Assembly (NCBI RefSeq): GCF_022539665.2
Contig: NC_081334.1
Span: 2,852,001-2,916,000 of the forward strand
Direction: 5' to 3'
DNA from: Daphnia carinata
Lineage: Eukaryota
DNA length: 64,000 bases
The position numbers were made by a program, and so were the translations under genes. Of this stretch, positions 49,188 to 62,092 are shown piece after piece. How positions within the stretch are numbered: the first letter of the stretch is position 1; each line of letters opens with the position of its first letter. A model generated the notes under the pieces. That model saw only the letters and a list, made by a program, of their open reading frames with translations. It was not told the DNA's origin and searched no databases.

Positions 49188-52100
49188 ATGTCCTTTCTCA
49201 TCTTTTAGAATTGAAAAGAAAACTGTGTTTAATACGGCCATCGTTCTAGTCACCGGTGTTTTGACATTTCCTTGTTTCAAGTAATGAAGCAGCTGGCCGA
49301 ACGTATAATTAAAGCTTACCTTATATTGTTATAAATTTGGATGTTTCTCTCTCTCTGTCCATAGTCGTCTTATTTCAATGTATCGATATTTATAGTCAAT
49401 AATACATCACTATGTTTTTTTTCCGGTCATTCGTCAGCTTGATTCAATTAGCCAAATGGAATGACAGGCTAGGGGGTTTCCTATATAATAAAACTTATGC
49501 TTTCGGTCTTGTGTGTGTTTAGCGTGTTGGGCCTCGCTGACTGGAGCGTGTCACCATGTCGCGGTCTCTTATTATATATTCCCAACCGCTTTTATTAATC
49601 ACTCCACTTTCGGTTCTTTTTTTGGGTTGCGTTATATACCTGACGGGCGCTCGCATCGTTTTTTTTTTTTATTTCTACCTACCTTTTCTTGTGTGCCTGT
49701 TGTTTGCTTTACACCGCTACCAATTAATTAAATGGAGAGAAGGAGACTTGAAAAAAAGGGGGTCGGTACGATAGTACAGTATTAACAAAACTGATGGAGA
49801 ACAGGATTGGTCACGTGTCGTGTCACGTGACCCTTTCAGCAGCAAATTCGTTCACCCTCCATTTCTCTGGATGTTTTGTATTTTTTCTCTCCCCCTATCT
49901 AAATGTATGCAAATTGATGACCATTTCAACGCCTGATCCCACGATTACATTATCGGAATAACGTTAGGTTTTCCTGTTTAGGATTGACTCAAGTAACTAT
50001 CTTTCCTGATAGTCTAGCCGATAATAGAATTCTCTTTAAAAAATTCTTTAGAAAGCAAAATGAATGCGACAAATATTAATAAAAGGTAAGATAACTTGGG
50101 CAAGGGAGGGTTCAGATCGAGCGCACTTGCGGCCACTTGAACTGAGAGGGGCTTACGCCAGCCTTTATGTAATCACTTTGAAGAGGTGCCCTTGTCGTTT
50201 GAAAATCTCAGATTGGATGCTTAGCTTGTTTTACGGGGTATGTGTGCCGCAGATGTCAATGTTTCAATGCGACTGGATCGCATCGCATCGAGCTGCCCCG
50301 TATTGTGCACGGATGCGGCAAGCGCTACTCCCGTCCGTACTTGTTTCGTTCAAGCCAACTCATCGAATTATTTCGAATGTCTGTAATAAAAACGAAAGAG
50401 AGAAGAAATAAGAGCGCGCGAGTTATTTTGCTTGCCTACATAGATGTCGGAAGTATACATACACTGTGCTTTTGGATGGACCTCCTACATGCCGGCGAAC
50501 CGATCATGTATACGGCGGCGTGTAAAAACAGGCCGGCACTTAGTTGGGCCCAAGAGTACTGTGAATCGAGAGGAATGGGCCGGTTCGTTATACCAGCCCC
50601 ACACCCTTTGCTTTCGTCGTGACCCCCATGAGAATCATTCCATCAGATGAGATGTTCCTGAATGATACAGCCCAACCCTGCGATTTACATATGTTGTGTA
50701 GCATCGCGCGAGGGTCCAAGACGGTCGGGAAAGAACGCGGTCACGCTCTGCTGATTCTGTGCTCAACCTTCATTTATATAGGCCTATCAATTCAAGTTTA
50801 GACCTGCCCAGTTTAGTGTCTAGCTGTTCTTGTTTTTTATTTGGATTTTAAATAAAATACGGAGGATGGCGGACGTGAGTAAACAATGACTTGTGTCAAT
50901 GCGTGTTTGTACAGACATCCTTTTGAATTAGGAATCTTTAGACAATTAATAGAACGAGGTTGTCTTTAAGAAATATGAATGCAAATAACGTGGATGACTT
51001 TTTTTTAAGTTGATATAAGGAAGGCGGGTTGACTGACTGCCAAAATGCGATTGGGATTGTACACAGGCATGTGTAAGAAAATGAATTTTCAAGTGGAATC
51101 GAATATCTCTCGTTCGGGATTGCTCTTAACTGATACAGCCGCTTTATTTTGAAAATCGGATTACTCTGTAAACAGACGTCGGAGAGAGAGAGAGAGAAAA
51201 AAAGGGGGGACACGATAGTTTGTTTCCAAATAGACGCCAAAAAACATGTGCACCGTAATTCTCCGTGTTGATCGAGCCGTGAATAATTCTGATTGAAATC
51301 TTTGGATTTACGTTTTCATTCCCAAACCACGAAAGGAGAATTTTTATTTTGACGATATCCTTTCGTTTTCACTTGGGCAATATAATTCCACGTAAACGTA
51401 TTTTTCTGTACAAAATATGGAACTCACGGAGATCTGCGTTTTGTGGATAATCGATTTCGTTGTTGTATGGCTTCCATTAATAGAATATTCAATTGATCTA
51501 ATTGAAGATATCCCCTGGCATATGATTTAATAAAGAAAAGATAAAAGATCAAATATTTCCCATCGTCATTTCTTAATTTTGTACGCGTCTGTTACTGTCA
51601 ACTCAAACAAACAGTGAACGTGAACTAAAGATCGAAGTCAAATCTCCCTGTAAAATACGCATATGAAACAGCACGCGATAAATGCATAAATGGACAGTTT
51701 ATGGTTAGTGGTACACACGCCCGATGAGTGATAGTTCTACACTCAGCGAAATGACCGAAAGTCAGTTATGGAAACTGGTGTCATAAAAACCAGGCGCAGC
51801 TTCGATTCCGAGCGCAAAAAACGCACTGAAAAACAAAACAGAAATGCACTGGTGACACTAAAGAACAAAACGCGTTAAAGGTGTGTGTCAATTAAGGTGG
51901 AGTACCAGGTCTATTTAATATTTCCACGCGGCATTGACGTCGTTGGGCCTGATGTATATGGACTTGTGACATTAATAACCACCCTTCTCCCAGCAACAAT
52001 ATATCGCTTCGTGTACATGTGTTTCGTATGGACGTTACAACGTATACGAAGGCGTGCAACAGACCCTGCCTTTAGTAAACAAGTGTCGGGTAAACGCGTA

Positions 52101-53789
52101 GCAGTAGATAATATATTTTTAGCTTTTAATTATTTCAAAACCTCTTGTCGATTGCTAACGGTAAACTTATACGTCCCCCGGATCCTCCGCCCCAATAAAC
52201 TGCGCTCCGCTGTTTCTATATGCTCAGCCATCAAGCTCGCGCCCAATGGGGAACAAAAATCATTGAAAGGAAAGAGGAGAAACGTTTAATTAATTGAGCG
52301 TTGGCTGTGCCGGCGATGTCTCGTGTTTTTTCGATTGATAAAACATAATGTGCTTTCATTTAAAGAATCCATTGTTAAACTACACAATTATCCAGGTGCT
52401 ATATAATATTTAAAATGATGAAACACAAGATCCTCCCTTGTGGGATAAGTCACATTGTCTTGTACTTGTATAAGTATGACGAAATAGAAAATTTTGTTTC
52501 ACTGACCGTGAATTTTATTCTTGGCCTCTCTGTAAGCTCCCCCCCCCCCTCCCAAAGTTTACGTGCCATCCCCTTGATGGACGACGAACTTTCTCCTTTT
52601 CTTGGAATGCAGCATTTATATTTATTAAAAAATTGGCTTCCGTGTACAGCCCGTTTAAATATATCATAATAATTGGATTCTTTCCGTCCTCTATGGCCCG
52701 TTAAAGCTCCGCCATTGCGACTACGTCTAGTTTATTCTTCCAGCTAAGACCAACAACGCGACTCGCATTCCGCTTTGCTGATTGTCACCTCAACAAAAAG
52801 ACTATTGCTATTGCCATTACCGAGTCGAAGTTCGCTAGAACTTGCACTTCTTCGTCTTTTGTTTAGTATACACATCCAAACTTTGCTTTTTCGTCTTCTA
52901 ATTTCAATGGGATGCGACATATTTTCGTGGGAAATGTGTATGCGTTCGTTGAAAAAGGTTTCCTACAATGTCGTGTATAAAAGTAGACGAAGTTTGCTGC
53001 TTTTCTGGTTCCTTTGTTTGAAACAGAGGGCAAAGAAAGTTAGTGAAGTGACATTTGTAAATGTTTCAAGTTGCGGTTAGTTGAGGTAATACGGAACACC
53101 ACTAGGCCCTCTTTTTGCTATAGACGGACTGTACCTATTTTTTATTTCGGTAATTTTTTTTTTGAAATCCTGCACAGAATTTTTAATGGCAACCTTGTTT
53201 TATTTTAATAATTCTTCAACAATGAATTTAGCCCAAAGAATTCCAAGGGTCGTTATTCTTCGCATATTTTTGGGCAAAAATTAGGGGAATATCTGTGTTC
53301 TTCAACCAATTGTAAGATGTGTCCTTTTTAGCAGATGTTGAGGCAAACAATAGGGGAAAGCCCAAATTCTTTGTTCGCCACCACAAGAGGCGCTGAAAAC
53401 TGTTGCAGACGAGGTTCAAGTGATATTGGAAAGGGCTGCATGCTAGGTATCAGGCTCCCGTGAATAGCGTGGTAGTAGGACTAGGAGGCTGGAATTGGAT
53501 CAGTAATTTGCATTATTTCTCACACTTTCGTGTGCAGGAGTTCGAAAAAATTCTTTGTTTCTAGAACGTGTTCACCATGCACGTTTTACAACTAGCTAGG
53601 CGAATATGGATCAAGTTTCTCGCGAATAGGTCTGCGTGGTGTCTGGTGTGTTTTAAATGCGAGATGTGCACAATAGAAGCTCTGACAGACCTGAAGGTTT
53701 TAGCTGAAGTAACATGAAATTATTTTACTCCTTTCTTTTAGTAAATTCAACACAACTTGATTGCTCTTTTTTTACACTAATTATTTTTA

Positions 53790-54410
53790 TTTTTAGGGTT
53801 TCTGAGGGGACGTGAGTTGCTGATGTAACATCCTTGAAAACTGAAATGGTCTAAACTGTACAGTTGGAATAATGAACAAATTAGGAGTTTACGCAGAAGT
53901 ATATGTTTAACGCTAAATGTTTTGAATGAAGATGTTGAACATTTTTTTATTTAGTTCATGGAAGGGGAGCGAGCCCATGACACACCATTTCACTGTGTTG
54001 ATATTTATCATTTGACATGATATTCTTGTGACGTCGGACAGTAGCCATTCAAAGTTGTATTTTGTATAGGCAATTCACCTATTCATTTTTCGTACTTTTA
54101 TTTGAGGTTTGAGCCTGCAATCATTAAAAAACTGGATGATTTCCTTTCTAGGTAGGGCAAAATCACTTTGTGTAATTCATTTTATTTACTTACTTTTATA
54201 TTTCCCAGGTTGCATAGATTCTGTTACATGGGTAATAGCTAATCTGTTATTCAAGGCTATAATTGGATAGAGATTATAGCTAATGAACTGTGTTTAGCTG
54301 TTTGCTATACTGTGGGTTGTAAACATTTTCCATCCCCTAAAAGGTAATTCACAATGATAAACTAGTTACTGGAAATCTAATTGATATGGTTTGCAATTTG
54401 GTCTCAGATT
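53790..54410 (+). repeat. Diverged direct duplication, copy A
   Basis: Shares blocks with 57325-57802 (TTTAGGGTTT..TTGCT.ATGTAACAT; GATTTCCTTTCTAG; TTTAGCTGTTT.CTATACTGTG; GGTAATTCACA.TGATAAACTA). Confidence 0.75.
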
Positions 54411-56609
54411 TTAGTTTTGTTTTTTTCCACTTCCTTTTTACTCATAAGTCCTCTAGCTGATCGCTGACCTCCTCCTTCAGGCACTGCGTATTGTCGGTTT
54501 CACAGCCATATGCATATAAGGAACGTTGTGGCAAATATCAAAGGGGCCACCGTAGGTATACCAAAATTTTAAATAATTTTATTAATTTATTATCTTTATT
54601 AATTTTCACTTTGAGCGTAAGTTCGAATGTTATTCATGTTGTTGACAGCTTTCTGTTATAATCTCCCAACACCTTGGAATTCATCAACAACCTGATGTAG
54701 TCTTCTTGGTTATACGTCTGAAGGTCTGTACTTTGAGTATTAGAAACATCATAATGAATTAATAGCAAAATAACGTCAGTCAAAACATAAAGTATACCAA
54801 TAGTAACGAGGTACCCTTTGCACTGAAGAACTTGAGCTCCGCATGTTAAGTTCATAGATGGCGTTGCGGCTGTTCGGTACCACATCGGCAGTAGGCTTCC
54901 GTATTTGGCAGGTTTAAAAGCGCCAATCTTTAAAAATCTCAATATACCAGAGCACTCTGGCGGGCGAAAACTGCGAAAGCAAACTGACGATTAGACAGCG
55001 CCATCTCTGGAACTTACCATGCCTATCTCAAATTATTTTGCAGGCGTTTCAACTTCTTGATACTTTATGGTGTATTGATCGATTATGACGATATTGAATA
55101 TATTACGACATCTATTGAGGAAATATCTAAAAGCTGGGATAAAGTTCTAGAACTTTTGATTCATTGTTGCTATGCGTCTGGGAAGAAATTCTTGCTTTTT
55201 TTAGGGCAATTTGTGTGGTACGTGCACGTGTTTGCTATGGATAAATTCTTTCAGTAGAGGGTATTGGATACTGACGGTGCTTCTAGAGGTGGCACCATTA
55301 ACTGGATTTCTCGAAGGATTGGTTTTAATCCACGTTTACAAAAAAAAAGATCAGTTGTAAACTCATGATTAGCAGAGCTCTTGTTAAGGTAATTTAGAAT
55401 GTATATGTTGTAACTATTGAGATGCACTGAACATAAGCATTTGAAAGATTAAGATTGTAATACTTATGGTGATCTTAACATTCTGTTTTGCTCCTTCCTA
55501 TGATAATTCTTCACTTCTACAGGTTACTTTTTGTTGATGAATTTTTGCCACAATAGAATCCACAAATTAATGTTGAAGTTGTTGTGAAATACGCAGCTGG
55601 CCCCTAGCAGATGAGTTCGTTGGAAATGCCGAGAGTAATTGAAAAAAAAAAAACAATTTTTGAAAATTGCTGTCTGAATTAAAATTCGCAAGGAGCAAAA
55701 ACGAAGCTCTGGATTAATTGGATCGTAAACAAAGGTTCTCTAATTTCTTTCTAGTGTTATTACTTTCTGCTTTTTGAAAATGTGTGATCATGTGTTATTG
55801 GTCTAAAACTGAAAAGGAACTGGCTGTAACTACCATCAAACAAACTTAACAAGTTACATAGTGTACTAGATTTGCCTATTTAGATGCCAGGGGGTATCTG
55901 GCCCATTGGCGTCGGTGAAAGGAATCGAATTCGTTTTTGACCGAAAATGCGACGGATCTGTTTCGGTTTACTAATGAAGATTGCATTAAGTTAGAACAGA
56001 GTTGGTCTACATAGGAAAGTACACACTAGAACTATTGATACTTGAATCCTTGAATGAATTTTACTTTCTTCCGTTTTAGTTAACGCAAGAGATTTGGGAA
56101 CAAGCGTTGCCGTACAGTTATGTTGTAACGTTTAAAAAACGCTTTTCATCCACTTTACTGGGAATGTCGGTAAGCGTAAATCAAATGATTCTGCCTTTAT
56201 GGTAAAGTTTCTACCATGATGTAAAGTTGTATTAATATTCAGTAATTCCTTTATAATTTCAAGCAGAAAGAGTATATTTATATTATTTATTTATATTTAG
56301 AGTATACAGCCAAGCAAAGCAGTTACCTTAGCGGTAATGCCTGCTTTTTTTAGTGAATGAGTTAGCATAGGGATTAGGTTAGAAGTGACTTCAGCACAAA
56401 AATTGGTTTCCTGGCCACTTGTAAGCCATGACGGTAACAGTCTGAAAACAATTTACTTCTGGTTATTATGCTGTTTTTTTTATTGCTGAGAAAAACAAAA
56501 ACAGAAAATAGTATGCGTTTATGTAAGAAATAACGAATTGGTATGTAATTAAGACTAATGATATGGTGCCTATTAATACGATGCAAGTTAAATATCTAAA
56601 ATTGGATGG

Positions 56610-56830
56610 AAATGGTATGATTATTTGTTAATAGATGACGTCTAAATGGTAAGACTATTGGTTCATAGATGGCGTTGTAAATGGTAAGACTTTTTGCCCT
56701 GTATATCGTCGAAAATGGTAAGATTATTTGACCATAGATGGCGTGGGGACTGACCAGCTTATCCGCTCATAGATGGTGTTTGGAGTGGTTAATTCATTTT
56801 TCATAGATGGCGCTATTTGGTGTGGCGTTG
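56610..56830. repeat. Degenerate ~34-35 bp tandem array carrying TAGATGGCG
   Basis: ATAGATG(G/A)(C/T)G at ~56631, 56665, 56734, 56769, 56803; AAATGGTA(A/T)GA at ~56611, 56644, 56679, 56713. Confidence 0.8.
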
Positions 56831-57324
56831 GAGGTAATGGCATAATTGATTCAAAGATGCTGTTACAGGATTTGTTTCGTAATGTACATGTGAAGGAGAA
56901 GAAAGAATTAGGACAAATTCGTGAGTATCGCAATGAATCATGGGAAGCTCTGGTAGAACTTGGTCTTATACTAAATATCTTCTTTTGTCTAGTTTTATTA
57001 TTGTCTTAATTTTTTAAATTCAGATAATGGATTACTTGGTCTAAAACTTCAGGAAATGGATACATTTTCAATAATGAATTTAAAACTTAAGCTGCTGTGA
57101 TGGTACTGTCTGGCATTTCATAATATGATATCCATCTTCACAAGAGGTGCTCAGTTAAGTTTCGAGGTTCAGGAATAGGTCTGTGTGCTGTGTCTCAAGT
57201 GCTAGGTATGCAACAATAGGAGCCTGTTGGAGGATTGTTGGTTAAAACATGATGTACTATCAGTGTGTTTTAGTCATTTTTATTAGTAAAAGGGAATACA
57301 ACTTAATTATTCGTTTTGTCTCTT

Positions 57325-57802
57325 TTAGGGTTTCCTGCATAAAACTTTGTTGCTAATGTAACATTACTGATACTTGCTAATCCGTCCAGCAGACGGAGCA
57401 AGAGGTATTTGATGTAGATATTTTAACTTGTCATTTTTGTTTGCGATGAGCTACATCCTTAAAAACAAAACAAAAAAATATGATTTCCTTTCTAGATTGG
57501 GCTGAATTACATTTCTGTTATTTTGTGACTGATAGATGGGCTGATACTGAATGATTTTTTTTTATTAATTAGTTTTCTTTCACTATTTTCCAGTAAAATT
57601 CCAGTCTGCATTGATTCTGCTGACAAATAGCTTATCTATTCTTCAATATTGCATTTGGATACAGAGCAAAGCTGATGAGATTCATTTAGCTGTTTACTAT
57701 ACTGTGAGTTATTAACATTTTCCTTTCAATATAATGGTAATTCACAGTGATAAACTAAAGTGCTGGAAACTAAAATTAATTTTCTTTACAATGTGGTATC
57801 AG
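57325..57802 (+). repeat. Diverged direct duplication, copy B
   Basis: See copy A at 53790-54410. Confidence 0.75.
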
Positions 57803-57904
57803 GCTATGTATAGGGAGGATTGAAGAAATTAATATTTCATCAATATGAAAACAATCTTTCTAGAAGCAATATTTGAATTTATTTTTTTTTATTTTTTGTA
57901 ATAG

Positions 57905-59139
57905 GACAAATTTAACCCTACGGGAAAAAATTGAACCGCTCAATGATGTCTCGAAAACAAAATTAGATCTTGAAGACCGCGTGAGGAAACTCGAAAGGAA
58001 ATAAGCGTGGTTCAAAAAGATCGTGATCATTACCGTACGATTAATGAAATGTATGAAAATGAGATGTCACGAGTTGGAGGTATATGATTCATTAGCTAAC
58101 ATAAGACAAATCGCATTTGCCATTATCGAACTATTTTTATATTAAGGCTCAGCAACAGTTTCAATGGAGACCAAGCAAATCAATGAGTTGGAACGGCTTT
58201 TGGAGGAATATCGTGGATTAGTTTCAATAGTCGATACCACGCCGAAGGTTAACGAAGAAATTGTCACCAAATTGAACCAGGAAAAAGAACAATTGACGAA
58301 GGAAGTTGCTGAATTGAACCAGACAATCAAACATTTAAAGGCTCAATCAGAGATCGCCGAGTCGAAGGTACTAAATGCGCATGTTGTACCGATGCCAATC
58401 TTTCAAGGTTCTGTTCTCAATTAATTAGGGGATAGCTTTCGACGTCCGAATCCTCCACTTTACCAACAATCCGCTGGATAATGTTCGGCGCCAAACATTA
58501 GAGCAGCTTTCTCAGTTAGAAAAAGAGAACGAATCACTACGAGAGAGGGTTCGCTTGATGGAAGCAGATCAAACCCGAAATCCTACTCTTTTGGTTGGAG
58601 ATCACTTTGAACAAGGATGTATTCCCGAACGTCTCAGAGGTAATCATTGTAGCTTTCAGCTAGGTTCTAAATATCTTCAAAAACTTTTTGAAAACAGATC
58701 TAGAAGAAAAACTCAAATCGAGTGAAATGAAGAACGAACGGGTGGAGGAAGTGTTCCGAAAATACTGCTCTGAATTCCGCCGAGGAATATTTGAACTTTT
58801 CGGTTATCAGGTGGATAATGACGAATGCGGCAATTTTAAACTCACATCTGTGTTTTCCAAGTCGAGAACGGATTATCTCTCTTTTAAAGTAATTTCGCCA
58901 ATACAATTTTTAATTTTTCAAAATTCCTATTTGTTTGCTTTATTCCTTATTAGTACGTTGGCGACGGCCTGATGGTTATGGATAGTGCATATCTTCATAC
59001 CATTTATGATTTAGTTCAGCTTCACATCAATAACCAAAAGTTCATCCCCATCTTCTTGTCTGCCCTCACAGTTGAGCTTTACCCTTGTCAGTCTATCAAC
59101 TCATCTGCCTATCCATCAGTCTTGTTTACTCCAAGCTGA
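57905..59139 (+). pseudogene. MAD1: MAD1 (mitotic checkpoint) 3' half, 5'-truncated, with a frameshift
   Basis: Spliced exons encode KDRDHYRTINEMYENEM, RILHFTNNPL (MAD2-binding-motif-like), QLEKENESLRERVRLME, EFRRGIFELFGYQVD..FKLTSVF and IPIFLSALTVELY. A 1-nt frameshift gives TAA at 58002-58004; no N-terminal coiled-coil exons are recognisable upstream. Confidence 0.85.
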
Positions 59140-59229
59140 ACTTAAAATTGGTAACAATATATTTTTTAAAAAGGTTTGTGGATGTGAAATAAATTGATTT
59201 TCCTTATAAATTAATTTCACGTCTTGCAG

Positions 59230-60990
59230 CTGGGTCAACGCGTCGAAGATCGTCTTCGGAAGAGCAAGGACATTAACTATGAATCTTCTCCATCCTATGA
59301 CGACAGTCAGCCATTGATCCCTTCCAGCAACATCAGCAGCGGACACACGACTATCTTCTCCACACTACAAGTATGGCAATCCGTTTTACACAAAAAAAAA
59401 AAAAAAAAATTTCGCAAAAAAAAAAAAAATCACACTTTTTTCTTTTTTTCCGACACGTAGCCATCTACCGCTCAGACTCGTTATTACTGGCATAGGCAAT
59501 TTCAGTCCATTGGATGCCATTCGCAGTTAGTTCAGTAGCGTGGACGGAGAATAACGCGTGGCTGGAGGAACAATTGAAAAATGGATAAGATAATACAACA
59601 AAAGGATGGTAAGTTTAAACATTATTATATTGGTTTTCAATTATTAATTATTGTTTATTAGATCAAATTATGAAGCTGCAGGCCCAATTATTGGAACAAC
59701 ACAAAATATTAGATAACAGCAAAGCTAAGGATGGTAAGGCCTAATAAGTAATGATTCTATTTATTTGCTTTTATTCATTTGTGTTTTGTAGCTCAAATTT
59801 TGAGTGTACAAGCTCAGCTAGGGGAAAAGAACAAATTAGAATGGAACAGTTTCCAAACAGTGAAGGAGGTTTTTCAAAACTCTTCTCTAACTGAACGTGA
59901 GGATGAGTTGGCGTTAGGCGAACACAGTCAGGTACCTAAACTTTTCAAATAAGAATTCAAAATAAGTATAGAATTTTAAAAAACAATTATTTATTGTTTA
60001 GTTATTCAGTCCACCACCTGACAGTGTGTTAAATTTAAATTCTGTTAGTGCTGTACTAAAAGAATCGTTAATAATAAGTCCTTGCAGCGAAGGAACTGAA
60101 GAATTGTGGGACCGTAGTTGGGCCGAAAATGGGTGTGGTACGGAAACCCAGAAATGGCATGAGTTCAACATAAAACATGGATTAGGTACTTTTCAGTTTT
60201 TTGTTTATTGAAAAAGTATTTTTAATGCTATTATTTTGCATTCAGAGAATTTTAGTGGGGGATCAAGTCAAGTCTGGAAGTGTTACAGGGTGGAAGAGTG
60301 AGCCTTCAGTTGAAAAACACTGAAAGTGCATTACCATTAAGATATGAGGTAAAGTAATAGAGTATGCAAATTGTCTAATGAGAAGTACCATCTTGTGTGA
60401 ATGAATCCTGTGTAACAGCAATCCTTTATAGTTCTGTCACAGCTAGAAGCCTCAAATAATTCTGCTTCTCTTGCTAAAGAACAACTTGTCCTTTACGTTC
60501 AGAGTGTTGATGAAGCTGGGTATTTAAACGGCCCTAAAGATGTTTCACTTCACTGGCATTGCAGCGATGAACATCATACATGGACTCTTTAGGTATGAAA
60601 GGAATTTTCTTGAAAAATTTTTGAATTTATGATGAAGCTTTTCTCCTCCTTTTTGCCAACCATGTCTAATCTACAAAAAAAAAATTATCCAATAGGAAAG
60701 GATTTTTAGCATACTGGTAACACAACTATCAACAATGCAACATTCTACGGGTGTTATTTTATCATTCGAGAGCCTTATACAATGATTTTCATCTACAATT
60801 TGTATGGCCTTTCCCAAACTTCTGTCAGAAGTTGAATCTATGAGTCATGTAAGTCACATGAGCAACAATTGAGATGCTTAATGGTGTTGTTTTTCTTTTC
60901 TCAGTATAGGTTAATAGTAACATTGGATGTGAAAAAATTCTTGTTTGGGGCAAGACACTGAATAAATTGTAATGATTGGATGGATGACAT
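59230..60990 (+). pseudogene. Decayed multi-exon gene of unknown family inside the repeat arm
   Basis: Series of GT-AG-bounded exons (e.g. EGTEELWDRSWAENGCGTETQKWHEFNIKHGL; VLSQLEASNNSASLAKEQLVLYVQSVDEAGYLNGPKDVSLHWHCSDEHHTWTL) with stops and frameshifts. Homologous copies on the minus strand at ~2830-3705 and ~62735-64000. Confidence 0.55.
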
Positions 60991-62091
60991 GATATTTCTA
61001 TACTTCATTCGGATTCCCGAGATGGTATTTGATATTAAAAAAATTGAAGTGCATATCTGGGCTCCCTTCCTTTCCGTAGCCCCGTTTCCCCTTGACTCGT
61101 AATAAGCCCGTAGGGGGTCATGCCCCTACTGTACGGTATATATAAAAACAACATATACCGAGGTTTGGAGGGCTCTGGCCGGAAAGGGGACGTGGGGTGC
61201 CGCTTAGTCCGATGATGTGTTCACGGAGGGTGACGTGGCTGCCCACAAATCCGAACTAAAGGTTAATCGCTCCTGTAAAAATGTTCCAAATCTTCAGCTC
61301 TTCTTCCGGCTTCTCTTAGCCAATCACCGGGTAATCTCCCCGGTGGGTCAACAAGGCAGTGTCTCCCCCTGCCTGGGTTGACGGCAACTTTTGAAAGGGC
61401 TATTGTGCCTTTTTAAAGTTGCAAAAATAATTGTAATGTGCCGAGAATTGTCAATAAATTTTTTTTTATAAAATGTTTTTTGCAAAATTTTTTTCTTTCA
61501 TTGCCTGTGTTCGCTTTGTTCACACATTACATTTATCAACTTTTTTTTTTAGCTTGCTCAATTCATTTTTATGGTTTTTGCCACCGTTGTATCGTTTATC
61601 TGTAAGTATTCAATTATTATTTATTACACTAATACATGGATATTTTCTGAAGTAATTTTGTATTTGTATATTGTTTTACTGGCATGGGAATCGATCCCCA
61701 GACATTCAGCGTGCAACGCCGATGCTCTAACATTGAGCCACGAGATATATTTAAAATTATTATTATCGCATATCATATGTTATCGTCTAGGATGTTTATG
61801 CAGTCTTTTACAACTATATGGTTATCTTTCTTTTTCTTTCCTAAGGTCCATAGCTCTGTGGTAGAGCATTCAGCTGCGATAACTGTTACCCTGGGTTCAA
61901 ACCTTAGTAGATGTATAAAAATCTATATCTAAATGTAGAAATAAATATTGTAGTATTGCATTACACTTTTATTCAAAGTGTAAATGCAAGTCCGCAAGTG
62001 ACTAGAAAAAAGCCAACTTGACATTATATGATTCATGGCTCATTGGTAAAGCATCGGCGTGGTATGCCGAACATCCAGGGTTCGATCCCTG
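59726..62091 (-). repeat. Composite repeat, copy 2 (inverted)
   Basis: Reverse complement of 1679-3705 (over 60122-62091) and of 62092-64000 (over ~59726-61620). Confidence 0.95.
61044..61422 (-). other. Conserved hairpin-rich core, copy 2
   Basis: Reverse complement of 2399-2778 with 4 substitutions by eye. Confidence 0.6.
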
Positions 62092-62092
62092 A
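61677..62092. pseudogene. Three tRNA-like units at the palindrome centre (61677-61746 minus; 61844-61912 plus; 62030-62092 plus)
   Basis: A-box/B-box pairs as at 1670-2083, e.g. TGGCTCATTGGTAAAGCATCGGC-gtggtat-GCCGA..CAGGGTTCGATCCCTG. Confidence 0.75.

Noticed and set aside
56610..56830. CRISPR-like repeat-spacer array
   Set aside because: Eukaryotic context, repeat only ~11 nt, spacers related to each other, and no cas genes.
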